DNA of 64,000 nucleotides from an uncultured Methanosarcinales archaeon. GTDB lineage: Archaea > Nanobdellota > Nanobdellia > Woesearchaeales > ARS49. The DNA lies in the NCBI GenBank assembly GCA_964445485.1, contig CAYUPS010000003.1:1528-65527 (forward strand). The letters are read 5' to 3'. The notes beneath the pieces are model-generated. The model had not been told where the DNA came from, did not search any database, and saw nothing but the letters and a program-made list of their open reading frames with translations. A program made the position numbers and the translations under genes. Position 1 is the stretch's first letter; every line of letters begins with the position of its first letter. Below, piece by piece: positions 1 to 8,834 of this stretch.

Positions 1-116
1 ACGTAATCATTATCCCTGTTGATCGTGCCGTCGCGGTCGATGAACACTGCTCGCATCGAATGGCCTATCGGCGGGCGGGGAATAAAAGATTTCCCCTTTC
101 GGGGAAAAAAGAGAAA

Positions 117-1406
117 TTACAGGCTCGCAGCGGTCAGGATATCGAGGCGCGCGTCCTTGACCTTGCTGTCCATGGCGACCAGGTGGCGCACTCCTGCGCT
201 CTGGGCGACATTGACGAGGTCGTTCTCGGCGACACCGTCGAAGACGACAGCGTACACGCCTCCCTTGAGGCTGTTGAGAGTGGTCGCGAGCTCAGTCGTC
301 GGCACCTTGCCGAGCACGGCCAGTTTCTGGTCGAGCAGCATGGCGCCGCGCGTGCCGATGAGGCCTTCGAGCATCTCGCTGAACTTCGCTTTCTCTGCGT
401 CGTTCGCCGCAGTGACCGGGCCTGAGGGCGCCGGCGCGGGCGGGCCGCGGCGCTCGTCGCGCGGGCCTCGCTCGTTCCTCTCGCTGCGTGGGCGCTCGTC
501 GCGGTTGAAACCGCCGCGCGGGCGCTCGTCACGGCCGATCATGGGCTTGCGGATGGACTTGCTGGTGTCGACGCTCGCGAGCTCCAGCTTGGCCTGCTCT
601 GCAGTGATGCGGCTGCGCAGGGCCTTGTGGATCTCCTTCTTGGCGAGCTCCTCGACTTCTTTGCCGTCGGGCGCCTTGGTCACGAAGTCGATCTCTGCGA
701 CCTCGAGCAGCTCCTTGATGATCAGGTCGCCGCCGCGGTCGCCGTCGACGAACACGACTGTGTCTTTGCCCTTCGTCAGGTTGATGATGGTCTGCGGGCA
801 GGAGGTGCCGTTCATGGCGATGGCGTTCTTGAATCCCGCTTTGAGCAGGTTCAGGACGTCTGCGCGGCCTTCGACGATGATGACCTCTTCGGCCTCATCG
901 ATGCCGGGGCCTGCGGGCAGGCGCTCGGTGCCGTACTCTGCGATCTCCTCGACGCGGACCGCCTGGGCGACCTCGTCTGCGATCTCCTGCGAGTCTGGCA
1001 TGACTGTGTCCTGCAGCGTGCGGAGGAGCTCCTTGGCGCGTTCGACGACGAACTGGCGTTTGGAGATGCGGACGTCTTCGATGCCCTTGACGCGGACTTT
1101 TGCGTTGCACGGGCCGATGCGCTGGATGACTTCGAGGGAGGCGCCGACGATGGCTGTCTCCGCCTTGTCCATTGAGCTCGGGATGATGATGGCTCCGGCG
1201 GTCTTGCCGTTGCGGGTCTCTGTGTTGACCTCGATGCGGCCGATGCGGCCTGAGCGCTGGAGCTCACGCAGTTCGAGGTCCGCGCCGAGAAGTCCTTCTG
1301 TTTGGCCGAAGATGGCGCCGATGACGTCGGGCCTGTCCACGACGCCTTCGATCTCGATCGTGGCGTTGATGACGTATTTCGATGATACCGGGCTGATCTT
1401 TCCCAT
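117..1406 (-). CDS. dnaG: Archaeal DnaG-type primase / exosome-associated DnaG
   Basis: N-terminus KYVINATIEIEGVVDRPDVIGAIFGQTEGLLG; TOPRIM motifs IIVEGRADV and FVDGDRGG; start placed at ATG 1406 behind GGGGGT SD. Confidence 0.95.
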   Translation of the reverse strand: MGKISPVSSKYVINATIEIEGVVDRPDVIGAIFGQTEGLLGADLELRELQRSGRIGRIEVNTETRNGKTAGAIIIPSSMDKAETAIVGASLEVIQRIGPCNAKVRVKGIEDVRISKRQFVVERAKELLRTLQDTVMPDSQEIADEVAQAVRVEEIAEYGTERLPAGPGIDEAEEVIIVEGRADVLNLLKAGFKNAIAMNGTSCPQTIINLTKGKDTVVFVDGDRGGDLIIKELLEVAEIDFVTKAPDGKEVEELAKKEIHKALRSRITAEQAKLELASVDTSKSIRKPMIGRDERPRGGFNRDERPRSERNERGPRDERRGPPAPAPSGPVTAANDAEKAKFSEMLEGLIGTRGAMLLDQKLAVLGKVPTTELATTLNSLKGGVYAVVFDGVAENDLVNVAQSAGVRHLVAMDSKVKDARLDILTAASL

Positions 1407-1419
1407 GTGATGTACCCCC

Positions 1420-1641
1420 GGTAGAGAATTCACTACCCTGTGCCGCGTCAGCCAATGCTCATTCGCTGATGGCGATCATGGTCGACTGGGTGATGTGGTG
1501 ATGGGGACGAATTCTCTACCTGATGACTATGCGGCTAAGGATACGTTGTTGCCCCTCGCAAACCCCTGGATTTCATTGTCTGGCGTTTCGCCGCAACTCC
1601 TTCAGGTACTCTCTGCGTAGGGCGTGTGGTATTCTTAGCCG
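1420..1641 (-). ncRNA. Candidate structured RNA / dnaG 5' leader (two large stem-loop domains)
   Basis: Perfect 12-bp inverted repeat 1420-1431/1509-1520; 13-bp stem with one non-Watson-Crick pair 1532-1544/1629-1641, with nested helices; begins ~25 nt from TATA 1664-1671. Strand not certain. Confidence 0.45.
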
Positions 1642-1663
1642 GTATACGCCGAATGCGTCAATA

Positions 1664-1671
1664 TTTATAAA
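1664..1671. promoter_or_regulatory. Palindromic TATA box (TTTATAAA), probably shared by divergent dnaG and rio1
   Basis: AT-rich self-complementary octamer in GC-rich DNA between divergent genes. Confidence 0.65.
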
Positions 1672-1705
1672 CCTTCTGGTCTTTTTGCTATCGTCCGGTG
1701 AGAAC

Positions 1706-2416
1706 ATCGTCTATCGCGAGAAATTCAAGACCCTCAACGACGTCTTCGACCTCTTCACAGAGCGCACCCTCTTCAAGCTCCAGACCCAAGGCCATTTCGA
1801 AGGCCTCGAGAGCCCCATCACCCTCGGCAAAGAGGCCAACGTCTTCTCCGCCATCACCCGCGACGAGCGCCGCATCGCCGTGAAGATGTACCGGCTCTCC
1901 ACCTGCGATTTCAAACGCATGTACGACTACATCAAAGCGGACCCCCGCTTTCCCCGTCTCTCCTCCAACCGCCGCCAGGTCATCTTCTCCTGGTGCCAGC
2001 GAGAATTCCGCAACCTCCTCCTTGCGCGCGAGGCGGGCATCCGCGTGCCCACCCCGATCGCCGCCATGCACAACATCCTCCTCATGGAATTCATCGGCGA
2101 CGACCATCCCGCCCCCCAGCTCAAGAAACAGGATCCCGAAGACATCCCTCGCTTCTTCGCCAAAGTCATCGAGAACATGAAGAAACTCCACAAAGCGGGC
2201 ATGGTCCACGGCGACCTCTCCGCCTTCAACATCCTCATCCACAACGACCTGCCCGTCTTCATCGACTTCTCCCAGGCCACCACGCTCGACAATCCCAACG
2301 CCAAGGACTATCTCCGGCGCGACATCAAGAACATCTGCACCCATTTCAGGGCGATCGGCATCGACGCTGACGACGCCAAAGTCCTCGCGCAAGTCGCCGG
2401 CAAGACGAAGGTTTAA
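1706..2416 (+). CDS. rio1: RIO1 family serine kinase/ATPase (SSU maturation)
   Basis: GKEANVF, AVKMY, HGDLSAFNIL, IDFSQA motifs; start uncertain (ATC 1706 after GGTGA SD preferred; TTG 1685 alternative). Confidence 0.93.
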   Translation: MVYREKFKTLNDVFDLFTERTLFKLQTQGHFEGLESPITLGKEANVFSAITRDERRIAVKMYRLSTCDFKRMYDYIKADPRFPRLSSNRRQVIFSWCQREFRNLLLAREAGIRVPTPIAAMHNILLMEFIGDDHPAPQLKKQDPEDIPRFFAKVIENMKKLHKAGMVHGDLSAFNILIHNDLPVFIDFSQATTLDNPNAKDYLRRDIKNICTHFRAIGIDADDAKVLAQVAGKTKV

Positions 2417-2473
2417 AAGAGCCCCTTCCTTTAATACCCCCACCGGTGGCGCGCGACGCCACGATCACCTCCC

Positions 2474-3061
2474 ATGACGCCCCCCAAGCCCGCAGCCGCC
2501 CTGCCGGCATCGGAAACATTCTCCTACGACCTCAAGGTCCCCAAAGACCGGCTCGCCGTCATCATCGGGCCCAAAGGCGTGACCAAGAAACAGATCGAGC
2601 ACGCCACCAAGACCCGGCTCTCCATCGACAGCGACGAAGGGGACATCACCATCGCCGGCAAAGACGCACTCCTCCTCTACGCCGCGCGAGAGATTGTCCG
2701 CGCCATCGGCCGCGGCTTCAGCCCCGAGACAGCCATGCAATTGCTCAAGCAGGACTACAGCCTCGAGATCATCCAGATCACCGATTACGCAAGCACTCCC
2801 AACGACATCCAGCGCCTCAAAGGCCGCATCATCGGCGAAGAAGGCAAATCCCGCCGCACCATCGAAGACATGACTGGCGCTGAGATCTCCGTCTACGGCA
2901 AGACCGTCGCGCTCATCGGCAATTTCGACGCGCTCGAGCTGAGCCGACGCGCCGTCGACAGTCTCCTCGCCGGCGCCACCCACGCGAGCGTGTGGCGATG
3001 GCTCGAGAGGCGCCGTCGCGAATTGCGCATGCGGGACCTGAGCGCCGGCCCCGGCTTCTGA
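2474..3061 (+). CDS. KH-domain pre-rRNA processing protein (Dim2/Pno1-like)
   Basis: IIGPKG, RAIGRGFSPE, RLKGRIIGEEGKSRRTIE; follows rio1 as in the conserved archaeal cluster. Confidence 0.92.
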   Translation: MTPPKPAAALPASETFSYDLKVPKDRLAVIIGPKGVTKKQIEHATKTRLSIDSDEGDITIAGKDALLLYAAREIVRAIGRGFSPETAMQLLKQDYSLEIIQITDYASTPNDIQRLKGRIIGEEGKSRRTIEDMTGAEISVYGKTVALIGNFDALELSRRAVDSLLAGATHASVWRWLERRRRELRMRDLSAGPGF

Positions 3062-3101
3062 CGACAGCACATTTTTATACGCCCCTTCGGTGGCCATCCC
3101 G

Positions 3102-4607
3102 ATGACAGCCTATACGCGGCACTTCATCAAGGCGTTCACCTCCAGCGTCGCGTTCACCATCCTCGCATCCCTCGCCGCCTACGGCCTGCGTGTCGTCCTC
3201 GCGCGCTCGCTGACCACCGCCGAATTCGGCCTGGTCTACGCGGTCTTCGGCGTCTACGGCCTCCTCTCCGTCCTGCAGCATCTCGGGCTTGATGATTCCA
3301 TCGTCAAGCACGTCGCGCAACTGCGGCTCAAGAAACGCAACGGCGCCATCAAGGACCTCGTGCTCACCGCCCTTCGCTGGGAACTCCTCGGCGCAATCGC
3401 CCTCGCGCTGCTCGGCTACATCAGCGCGCCGTGGCTCGCCGCCAGCTATTTCGGCACACCCGAGGCCGTGGGCATGGTCCGGTGGTACGCCATCTACGTC
3501 GCCCTCTCGCCCCTCTACAGCCTCAGCCTCGCCCTCTTCCGCGCATACCAAGAGCCGCAGATGTACGCCGTCGGCGAATTCTGCAAAAACGTCCTCGTGC
3601 TGCTCCTCACGGTGATATTCCTCGCGGTCGGCTTCGGCGCTCTCTCCCCCGTCCTCGCGTTCTGCTTCCTCGTCCTCATCCCCGCGCTCCTGCTCATCCC
3701 CCTCTTCATCCACAAGCACTTCCCTTCGTTCCTGCGGCAGAAATCGCAACCCACCAAGAAACTCCGCTCCTCCCTCTTCCGCTTCGGCCTCTACACCATC
3801 ATCGTCAACGTCGCAGGCATCATCATCGCCTACACCGACACCACCCTCCTCACCTACTTCCGTCCGCTCGAGGACGTCGGCCTCTACAACGCAGCACTCC
3901 CCACCGCCCGCGTCCTCTGGCTCTTTGGCAGCTCCATCGCTGTCGTGCTCTTCCCCCTCGCCGCCGAACTGTGGGCCACGCGCAGGGAATACCTCGCCGA
4001 AGGCATCGCGCTCGTCCAGAAATACGGACTCCTGCTCACCCTCCCGATCGCCGCGACGCTCTTTGTCTTCCCAGAACTCCTCCTCCGCCTCCTCTTCGGC
4101 GCCGCATACAGCGACGCCGCGACCGCCCTCCAGATACTCACACTCGCCTCCGTGTTCTACACCCTCGGCCAGGTCAACACGAGCGCGCTCGCAGGCATGG
4201 GCAAGCAGCGTGAGGCAAACCGCATCGTATGGGCCGGCGCCGCCGCGAATCTCGTCCTCGGCGCGGCCATGATCCCGCTCTTCGGCATCAACGGCGCGGG
4301 ATGGTCCACGTTCTTCGCGTTCGCCCTCATCTTCCTCCTCAGCCACGGCGTCGTGCACAAGGCGTTGCCGCGCATGCGCCTGCAGTGGGGCGCCATCGGC
4401 CGCATCATGATCGCCGCCGCGCTCTCCGTCGGCATCCTCTACGCCTTCCGCGGCATCACCCTCCTCGGATTCTACACCAAAGCCATCTTCGGATGCGCCG
4501 CCGCATTCACGCTCTACCTGATGGTCGTGTGGCTCAGCGGCGCCGTCCGCCCCGACGAGATCCGGATGATTCTCGCACGCATGCGCGGCGCCGCAAAAAA
4601 TAGCTGA
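3102..4607 (+). CDS. Oligosaccharide flippase (Wzx/RfbX, MOP superfamily)
   Basis: About 12-14 hydrophobic segments; LARSLTTAEFGL and EDVGLYNAA signatures; TATA-like TTTTTATA at 3072-3079. Confidence 0.85.
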   Translation: MTAYTRHFIKAFTSSVAFTILASLAAYGLRVVLARSLTTAEFGLVYAVFGVYGLLSVLQHLGLDDSIVKHVAQLRLKKRNGAIKDLVLTALRWELLGAIALALLGYISAPWLAASYFGTPEAVGMVRWYAIYVALSPLYSLSLALFRAYQEPQMYAVGEFCKNVLVLLLTVIFLAVGFGALSPVLAFCFLVLIPALLLIPLFIHKHFPSFLRQKSQPTKKLRSSLFRFGLYTIIVNVAGIIIAYTDTTLLTYFRPLEDVGLYNAALPTARVLWLFGSSIAVVLFPLAAELWATRREYLAEGIALVQKYGLLLTLPIAATLFVFPELLLRLLFGAAYSDAATALQILTLASVFYTLGQVNTSALAGMGKQREANRIVWAGAAANLVLGAAMIPLFGINGAGWSTFFAFALIFLLSHGVVHKALPRMRLQWGAIGRIMIAAALSVGILYAFRGITLLGFYTKAIFGCAAAFTLYLMVVWLSGAVRPDEIRMILARMRGAAKNS

Positions 4608-4659
4608 AACGACGCTCCCGCGTTATCTTTAAATAATCCCTGCGGTTTGCGGACTCTCC

Positions 4660-6312
4660 ATGCCTGAAAGCAAGACAGTCATCGCAGAGGAGCTCGCCAA
4701 GAAACAGCGGGCAGTCTCCGTCGCTGAGTTCTTCGAGCGCAACCGCCACCTGCTCGGTTTTGACAACAAGCGCAAGGCACTCCTCACGGTCATCAAAGAG
4801 GCGGTCGACAATTCGCTCGACGCCTGCGAAGAGGCCCGCATCCTCCCCGAGATCAAGGTCGAGATCGTGGAGATGGGCAATGACCGCTACCGCGTCAGCA
4901 TCGAAGACAACGGCCCCGGCATCGTCAAGAAGCAGGTGCCCAACATCTTCGCCAAACTCCTGTACGGCAGCAAGTTCCATTCCATGAAGCAGGCCCGCGG
5001 GCAGCAGGGCATCGGCATCAGCGCGGCCGTCCTGTACGCGCAGCTCACCACCGGCCGCCCCACCCGCATCCTCTCCCGCATCGCCGAAGACAAACCCGCA
5101 TATTCCTGCGAGCTCAAGATCGACACCAAGTCCAACGAGCCAGAGCTCAGCAAAGAAGAGGACAAGGAGTGGCGCAACAAGAAGCACGGCGTCCGCATCG
5201 AGATGGACATCGAGGCCAACTACCAGAAAGGCGACCAGAGCGTCGACACGTACCTCAAGCAGACAGCCATCACCAACCCCCACGCCACATTCATCTACAC
5301 CAACCCCAAGGCCGAGCAGATCATCTTCGCCCGCGCCACAGACAAGCTTCCCAAGATTCCTGAGGAGATCAAGCCGCACCCGTACGGCGTCGAGCTCGGC
5401 ATCATGATCAAGATGCTCGGCGCGACAGAATCACGCACGCTCCAGAGCTTCCTCACCAACGAGTTCAGCCGCGTCGGCCCCACCACCGCCAAAGAGATCT
5501 GCGAGCGCTCGGCCCTCCAGCCGAACATGAAACCCGGCGAGCTGCAGCTGCCTCAGGTCGAGAAACTGATGGAGGCCATCAAGAATACCAAGATCATCTC
5601 GCCCCCGACAGACTGTGTCGCGCCCATCGGTGAAGAGCTCCTCGAGAAAGGCCTGCGCAAGGAAGTCGCCGCCGAATTCTACACCTCCGTCTCACGATCG
5701 CCCGACGTGTACAAGGGCATCCCGTTCGTCGTCGAAGCCGCAGTCGCCTACGGCGGCGAGCAGCCCTCCGACCAGGCCGCCAAGGTCCTCCGCTTCGCCA
5801 ACCGCGTGCCCCTGCTCTACCAGCAGAGCGCCTGCGCGTCATTCAAGGCGGTGCTCCAGACCAACTGGCGCGGCTACGGCCTCTCGCAGCCGAGCGGCTC
5901 GCTGCCAGTCGGCCCCCTGACCGTCGTCGTCTCGCTCGTCTCCGTCTGGCCGCCATTCACCTCCGAGGCAAAAGAGGCAATAGCGCACTATCCTGAGATC
6001 GTCAAGGAGATCAAGCTCGCGCTGCAGGAGTGCGGCCGCAAGCTCGGCAGCTACGTCAACAAGAAACGCCGCGTCGCCGACCAGCAGGAGCGCGTCAACA
6101 TCTTCGAGAACTACATCCCCGAGGTCGCGGGGTCGCTCGCGCGCCTCACCGGCGAAGGCAAGGACAAGATCATCGACGCGCTGCGCAAGCAGCTCGCGAA
6201 GAACAAGGAATTCATCGCCTCCTACGAGGCGGAGCACAAGGTCGAGAAGAAAGACAAGAAAGGCAAAGAAGAGCAGATCGAGCTCCGCGGCGACCTGGAG
6301 GGCGATGAGTGA
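4660..6312 (+). CDS. top6B: DNA topoisomerase VI subunit B
   Basis: GHKL motifs [24 protein letters not shown]; [10 protein letters not shown]. Confidence 0.97.
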   Translation: MPESKTVIAEELAKKQRAVSVAEFFERNRHLLGFDNKRKALLTVIKEAVDNSLDACEEARILPEIKVEIVEMGNDRYRVSIEDNGPGIVKKQVPNIFAKLLYGSKFHSMKQARGQQGIGISAAVLYAQLTTGRPTRILSRIAEDKPAYSCELKIDTKSNEPELSKEEDKEWRNKKHGVRIEMDIEANYQKGDQSVDTYLKQTAITNPHATFIYTNPKAEQIIFARATDKLPKIPEEIKPHPYGVELGIMIKMLGATESRTLQSFLTNEFSRVGPTTAKEICERSALQPNMKPGELQLPQVEKLMEAIKNTKIISPPTDCVAPIGEELLEKGLRKEVAAEFYTSVSRSPDVYKGIPFVVEAAVAYGGEQPSDQAAKVLRFANRVPLLYQQSACASFKAVLQTNWRGYGLSQPSGSLPVGPLTVVVSLVSVWPPFTSEAKEAIAHYPEIVKEIKLALQECGRKLGSYVNKKRRVADQQERVNIFENYIPEVAGSLARLTGEGKDKIIDALRKQLAKNKEFIASYEAEHKVEKKDKKGKEEQIELRGDLEGDE

Positions 6313-6314
6313 CC

Positions 6315-7403
6315 ATGGCAGAATCACCCAAAGAGATCAAGAACAAGATCGTCGACATGGGCAAAGGCCTCATCAAGGAGGTCGTCAGCGGCAAGCCGTT
6401 GCGCATCGAAGTCCCCGTCCGCGCACTCTCCAACGTCAAGTACAACGAGAAGACGCAAACGCTGGAGCTCGGCGACCGCAAGGCAGAGCGCACGTTCTTC
6501 AACGTCGGCCATGCCAAGAAATTCCTCCAGACCCTGGAGGTCGCGGCAGTGGCCAAGGACCTGCTCGATGCCGGCAAGCACGCGAGCTTGAGAGACGTGT
6601 TCTACATGGTCAAGCGCACCATTCCGAACACCAAGACCAACATCGTCGATGACCAGGTCGAGAGCGACAACGCCATCGAAGACCTCGAACTCCTCACCAA
6701 CTTCTCGCGCGAGCAGCTGCACATCAACGCCAACAAGCTCGGTTCCGTCGCGGGCAAGGTCGTCATCGAAGACAAGGGCGACACCATCGACTGGAGCAGG
6801 CTCGGCTCGGGCGGCTGGTCCATCCCTTCCAACGTCGAGGAGATCAAGTTCAAGAAAGTCGACGCCAAGTACGTCATCTACATGGAGAAGGCCGCCGTGT
6901 GGGAGCGCCTCCACGAAGACAAGTTCTGGGACAAGCAGAACTGCATCATCATGGCATCTCAGGGCCAGACTACCCGAGGTATCCGCCGGCTCCTGCAGCG
7001 GCTCTCGCAGGAGCACAAGCTGCCCATCTTCGTCCTCGCCGATTTCGATCCGTGGGGATTCTACATCTACTCCGTGCTCAAGTTCGGCTCGATCAACCTC
7101 GCCCACATGAGCGAGAGCATGACGCTCACGAACGCGCGCTTCCTCGGCATCACCGCCGACGACATCACCAAGTACGGCCTGCAGAAGCACTTCATCCAGT
7201 TCAAAGAGGTCGACGCCTCGCGCCTCAAGCAGATCTCCGAGTACGAATGGTTCAAGGGCGACAAGAACTGGCAGCGCCAGTTCAAGCTCATGAAGCAGTT
7301 CGGTGCCAAGGCGGAAATCCAGGCGCTCAGCGCCCGCGGCATCACGTTCATCACTGACAAATACCTGCCCGAGAAGATCAAGAATAAAGATTGGATTGAG
7401 TGA
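6315..7403 (+). CDS. top6A: DNA topoisomerase VI subunit A
   Basis: SLRDVFY (catalytic Tyr), MEKAA, ADFDPWG, KAEIQAL. Confidence 0.97.
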   Translation: MAESPKEIKNKIVDMGKGLIKEVVSGKPLRIEVPVRALSNVKYNEKTQTLELGDRKAERTFFNVGHAKKFLQTLEVAAVAKDLLDAGKHASLRDVFYMVKRTIPNTKTNIVDDQVESDNAIEDLELLTNFSREQLHINANKLGSVAGKVVIEDKGDTIDWSRLGSGGWSIPSNVEEIKFKKVDAKYVIYMEKAAVWERLHEDKFWDKQNCIIMASQGQTTRGIRRLLQRLSQEHKLPIFVLADFDPWGFYIYSVLKFGSINLAHMSESMTLTNARFLGITADDITKYGLQKHFIQFKEVDASRLKQISEYEWFKGDKNWQRQFKLMKQFGAKAEIQALSARGITFITDKYLPEKIKNKDWIE

Positions 7404-7404
7404 C

Positions 7405-7728
7405 TCAGTGTTTCTTTAATTCGTAGAAGAAGGGCCAGCCGTCGCGATAGAGATAATGGTGCTTTGCCATGCTGCTGCGGTTCTCGTATTTGAGCGCGAC
7501 GCCGTCTTCATACACCGCAACTATATCGTACAGTCTTCCGCTCTCTTGTATGCTGTCCGTATACTGCGCATACCTGGCCGCAGCGATTACCCTGACCATC
7601 ACGGACGCGCCGTGGAGCTTGCCGAGGATTTCGTTGACGAAGACGTTCTTCTGATGGCCTGTCCCTAAGATGTCTTCGAGAGAGGTCTTCTCCTGTTTCG
7701 GGTCGTTTGACAATTCATTGCCTGCCAT
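7405..7728 (-). CDS. Hypothetical protein (107 aa)
   Basis: ATG 7728 (MAGNELSND...), fills the gap between top6A and the next gene. Confidence 0.55.
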   Translation of the reverse strand: MAGNELSNDPKQEKTSLEDILGTGHQKNVFVNEILGKLHGASVMVRVIAAARYAQYTDSIQESGRLYDIVAVYEDGVALKYENRSSMAKHHYLYRDGWPFFYELKKH

Positions 7729-7766
7729 GCGCCCCGGCGGTCGCGCGTCGATTAAGAAGGTTCGCT

Positions 7767-8084
7767 TCACGCGCCGCCGAAATAATTGTGCAGCGCGGTC
7801 CTGACAAGGACATCGTTGAGGACCGCCCTCGCAGTCTCTTCGCGCTCGCGCATGAGTTTTGGGTTGCGCAATTGGTTGTGGACTTTCTGGATCTGCACAT
7901 CGCGCCGCACGGGGAGGTAGCGGCCGCGCGCTTCCGTGACCGCATCGGGATAGTCGAGACGCAGTACCCACTGGTACGCATGACGGACCGACAGCTGCAG
8001 GCGCGCGTCGACACCCTCCGGCACGCTCTCTGCGGGCAATTCCATGCCGAAGCCGCCGGGCGCGCTAACGCGAATGATGCCCAT
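7767..8084 (-). CDS. Hypothetical protein (105 aa)
   Basis: ATG 8084 (MGIIRVSAPGG...), overlaps the end of the upstream glycosylase-like gene. Confidence 0.55.
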   Translation of the reverse strand: MGIIRVSAPGGFGMELPAESVPEGVDARLQLSVRHAYQWVLRLDYPDAVTEARGRYLPVRRDVQIQKVHNQLRNPKLMREREETARAVLNDVLVRTALHNYFGGA

Positions 8085-8508
8085 GCCTCTTCCTCCGACG
8101 CACTGCCTTTTTGATGTGCGTGACGCGGAACAGCGGATGCGGCGCCAGGCGCTGGCCCGCGCGGACCGCCGCACGCCTCTTGCGCCGGCGCAGCGCGCGC
8201 TGCAAATGCACAAAATCCTCCCGGAGCGCCACCCGCGTCACGGGCATTCGGAAGCGCAGCAGCGGATCGTTGAGTTTGTGCTTGGAGAGGATGATATGCC
8301 TGCGCTTGGCATCGCGCGAGATGTGATAGAGGTACGTGTCGATGGCGAGGATGGGCTTGCGAGTCTTGCGGTACGGCGCGAGCTGCTGTTTGTATCTTTT
8401 GCCCCGCCGCCTTCCTTCGAAGATGCTCCTCGCGAGCAGCGCGTCGCTCCACACGCGCAGGACGCCCTGCACATCGAGATACTTGGGGTGCGCGATCCAG
8501 AGTCTCAT
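8065..8508 (-). CDS. Pyrimidine-dimer DNA glycosylase / T4 endonuclease V-like protein (divergent)
   Basis: N-terminus MRLWIAHPKYLDVQGVLRVWSDALLA resembles the family pattern MRLWSLHPKYLDxKGLVALWREALLA. Confidence 0.75.
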   Translation of the reverse strand: MRLWIAHPKYLDVQGVLRVWSDALLARSIFEGRRRGKRYKQQLAPYRKTRKPILAIDTYLYHISRDAKRRHIILSKHKLNDPLLRFRMPVTRVALREDFVHLQRALRRRKRRAAVRAGQRLAPHPLFRVTHIKKAVRRRKRHGHHSR

Positions 8509-8511
8509 TGA

Positions 8512-8586
8512 CGGGCCCGAGGGGATTTGAACCCCCGACCTTCTGCTTAGAAGGCAGACGCTCTATCCAGGCTGAGCTACGGGCCC
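8512..8586 (-). tRNA. tRNA-Arg(TCT), no intron, CCA not encoded
   Basis: Reverse complement GGGCCCGTAGCTCAGCCTGGATAGAGCGTCTGCCTTCTAAGCAGAAGGTCGGGGGTTCAAATCCCCTCGGGCCCG; 7-bp acceptor stem, anticodon loop CT-TCT-AA, TTC T-loop; TTTAAATA ~25 nt upstream. Confidence 0.97.
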
Positions 8587-8615
8587 ACTGGCACGAGAAC
8601 AGGCACAGGCGCTAT

Positions 8616-8834
8616 TTAAAGCCAGCGTCTTGCGCGCCACTGCTCAATCAGGGCGTAGAGCGCGACTTGTGCGGCGATCAGGAGCAGGATGCCGAAGAGG
8701 ACACGATCGTTGTGGCGCGCGACATCGAGCCCCCACGCGCGGAGCGTCTGCGGCGGCACGAAGGCGAAAACCGCGCCGATACTCCCTGCGATGGCGCAGA
8801 TGGCTGAGAGCAGTTTCGGCTCTTTGAGCTTCAT
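8616..8834 (-). CDS. Small membrane protein (72 aa, 2 TM)
   Basis: MKLKEPKLL...; ATGA overlap with the upstream gene; two hydrophobic segments. Confidence 0.6.
   Translation of the reverse strand: MKLKEPKLLSAICAIAGSIGAVFAFVPPQTLRAWGLDVARHNDRVLFGILLLIAAQVALYALIEQWRARRWL

Noticed and set aside
19-1410. 463-aa plus-strand ORF and the many other long overlapping ORFs in the track
   Set aside because: Antisense or alternate-frame shadows of real genes in GC-rich DNA, with no motifs and Arg/Ser/Pro-biased composition
1520-1612. CTGATGA (hammerhead or C-box-like) and minus-strand ACCTGAAGGAG (glycine-riboswitch-like) words
   Set aside because: Partner motifs (GAAA/NUH core, CTCTCAGG) are missing; SRP and RNase P RNA signatures were also not found
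1523-1705. 61-aa N-terminal extension of RIO1 in the ORF track
   Set aside because: Spans the structured element and the TATA box and is not RIO-like
7405-8586. Integrated element at the tRNA-Arg 3' end
   Set aside because: No duplicated tRNA 3' end (att) and no integrase
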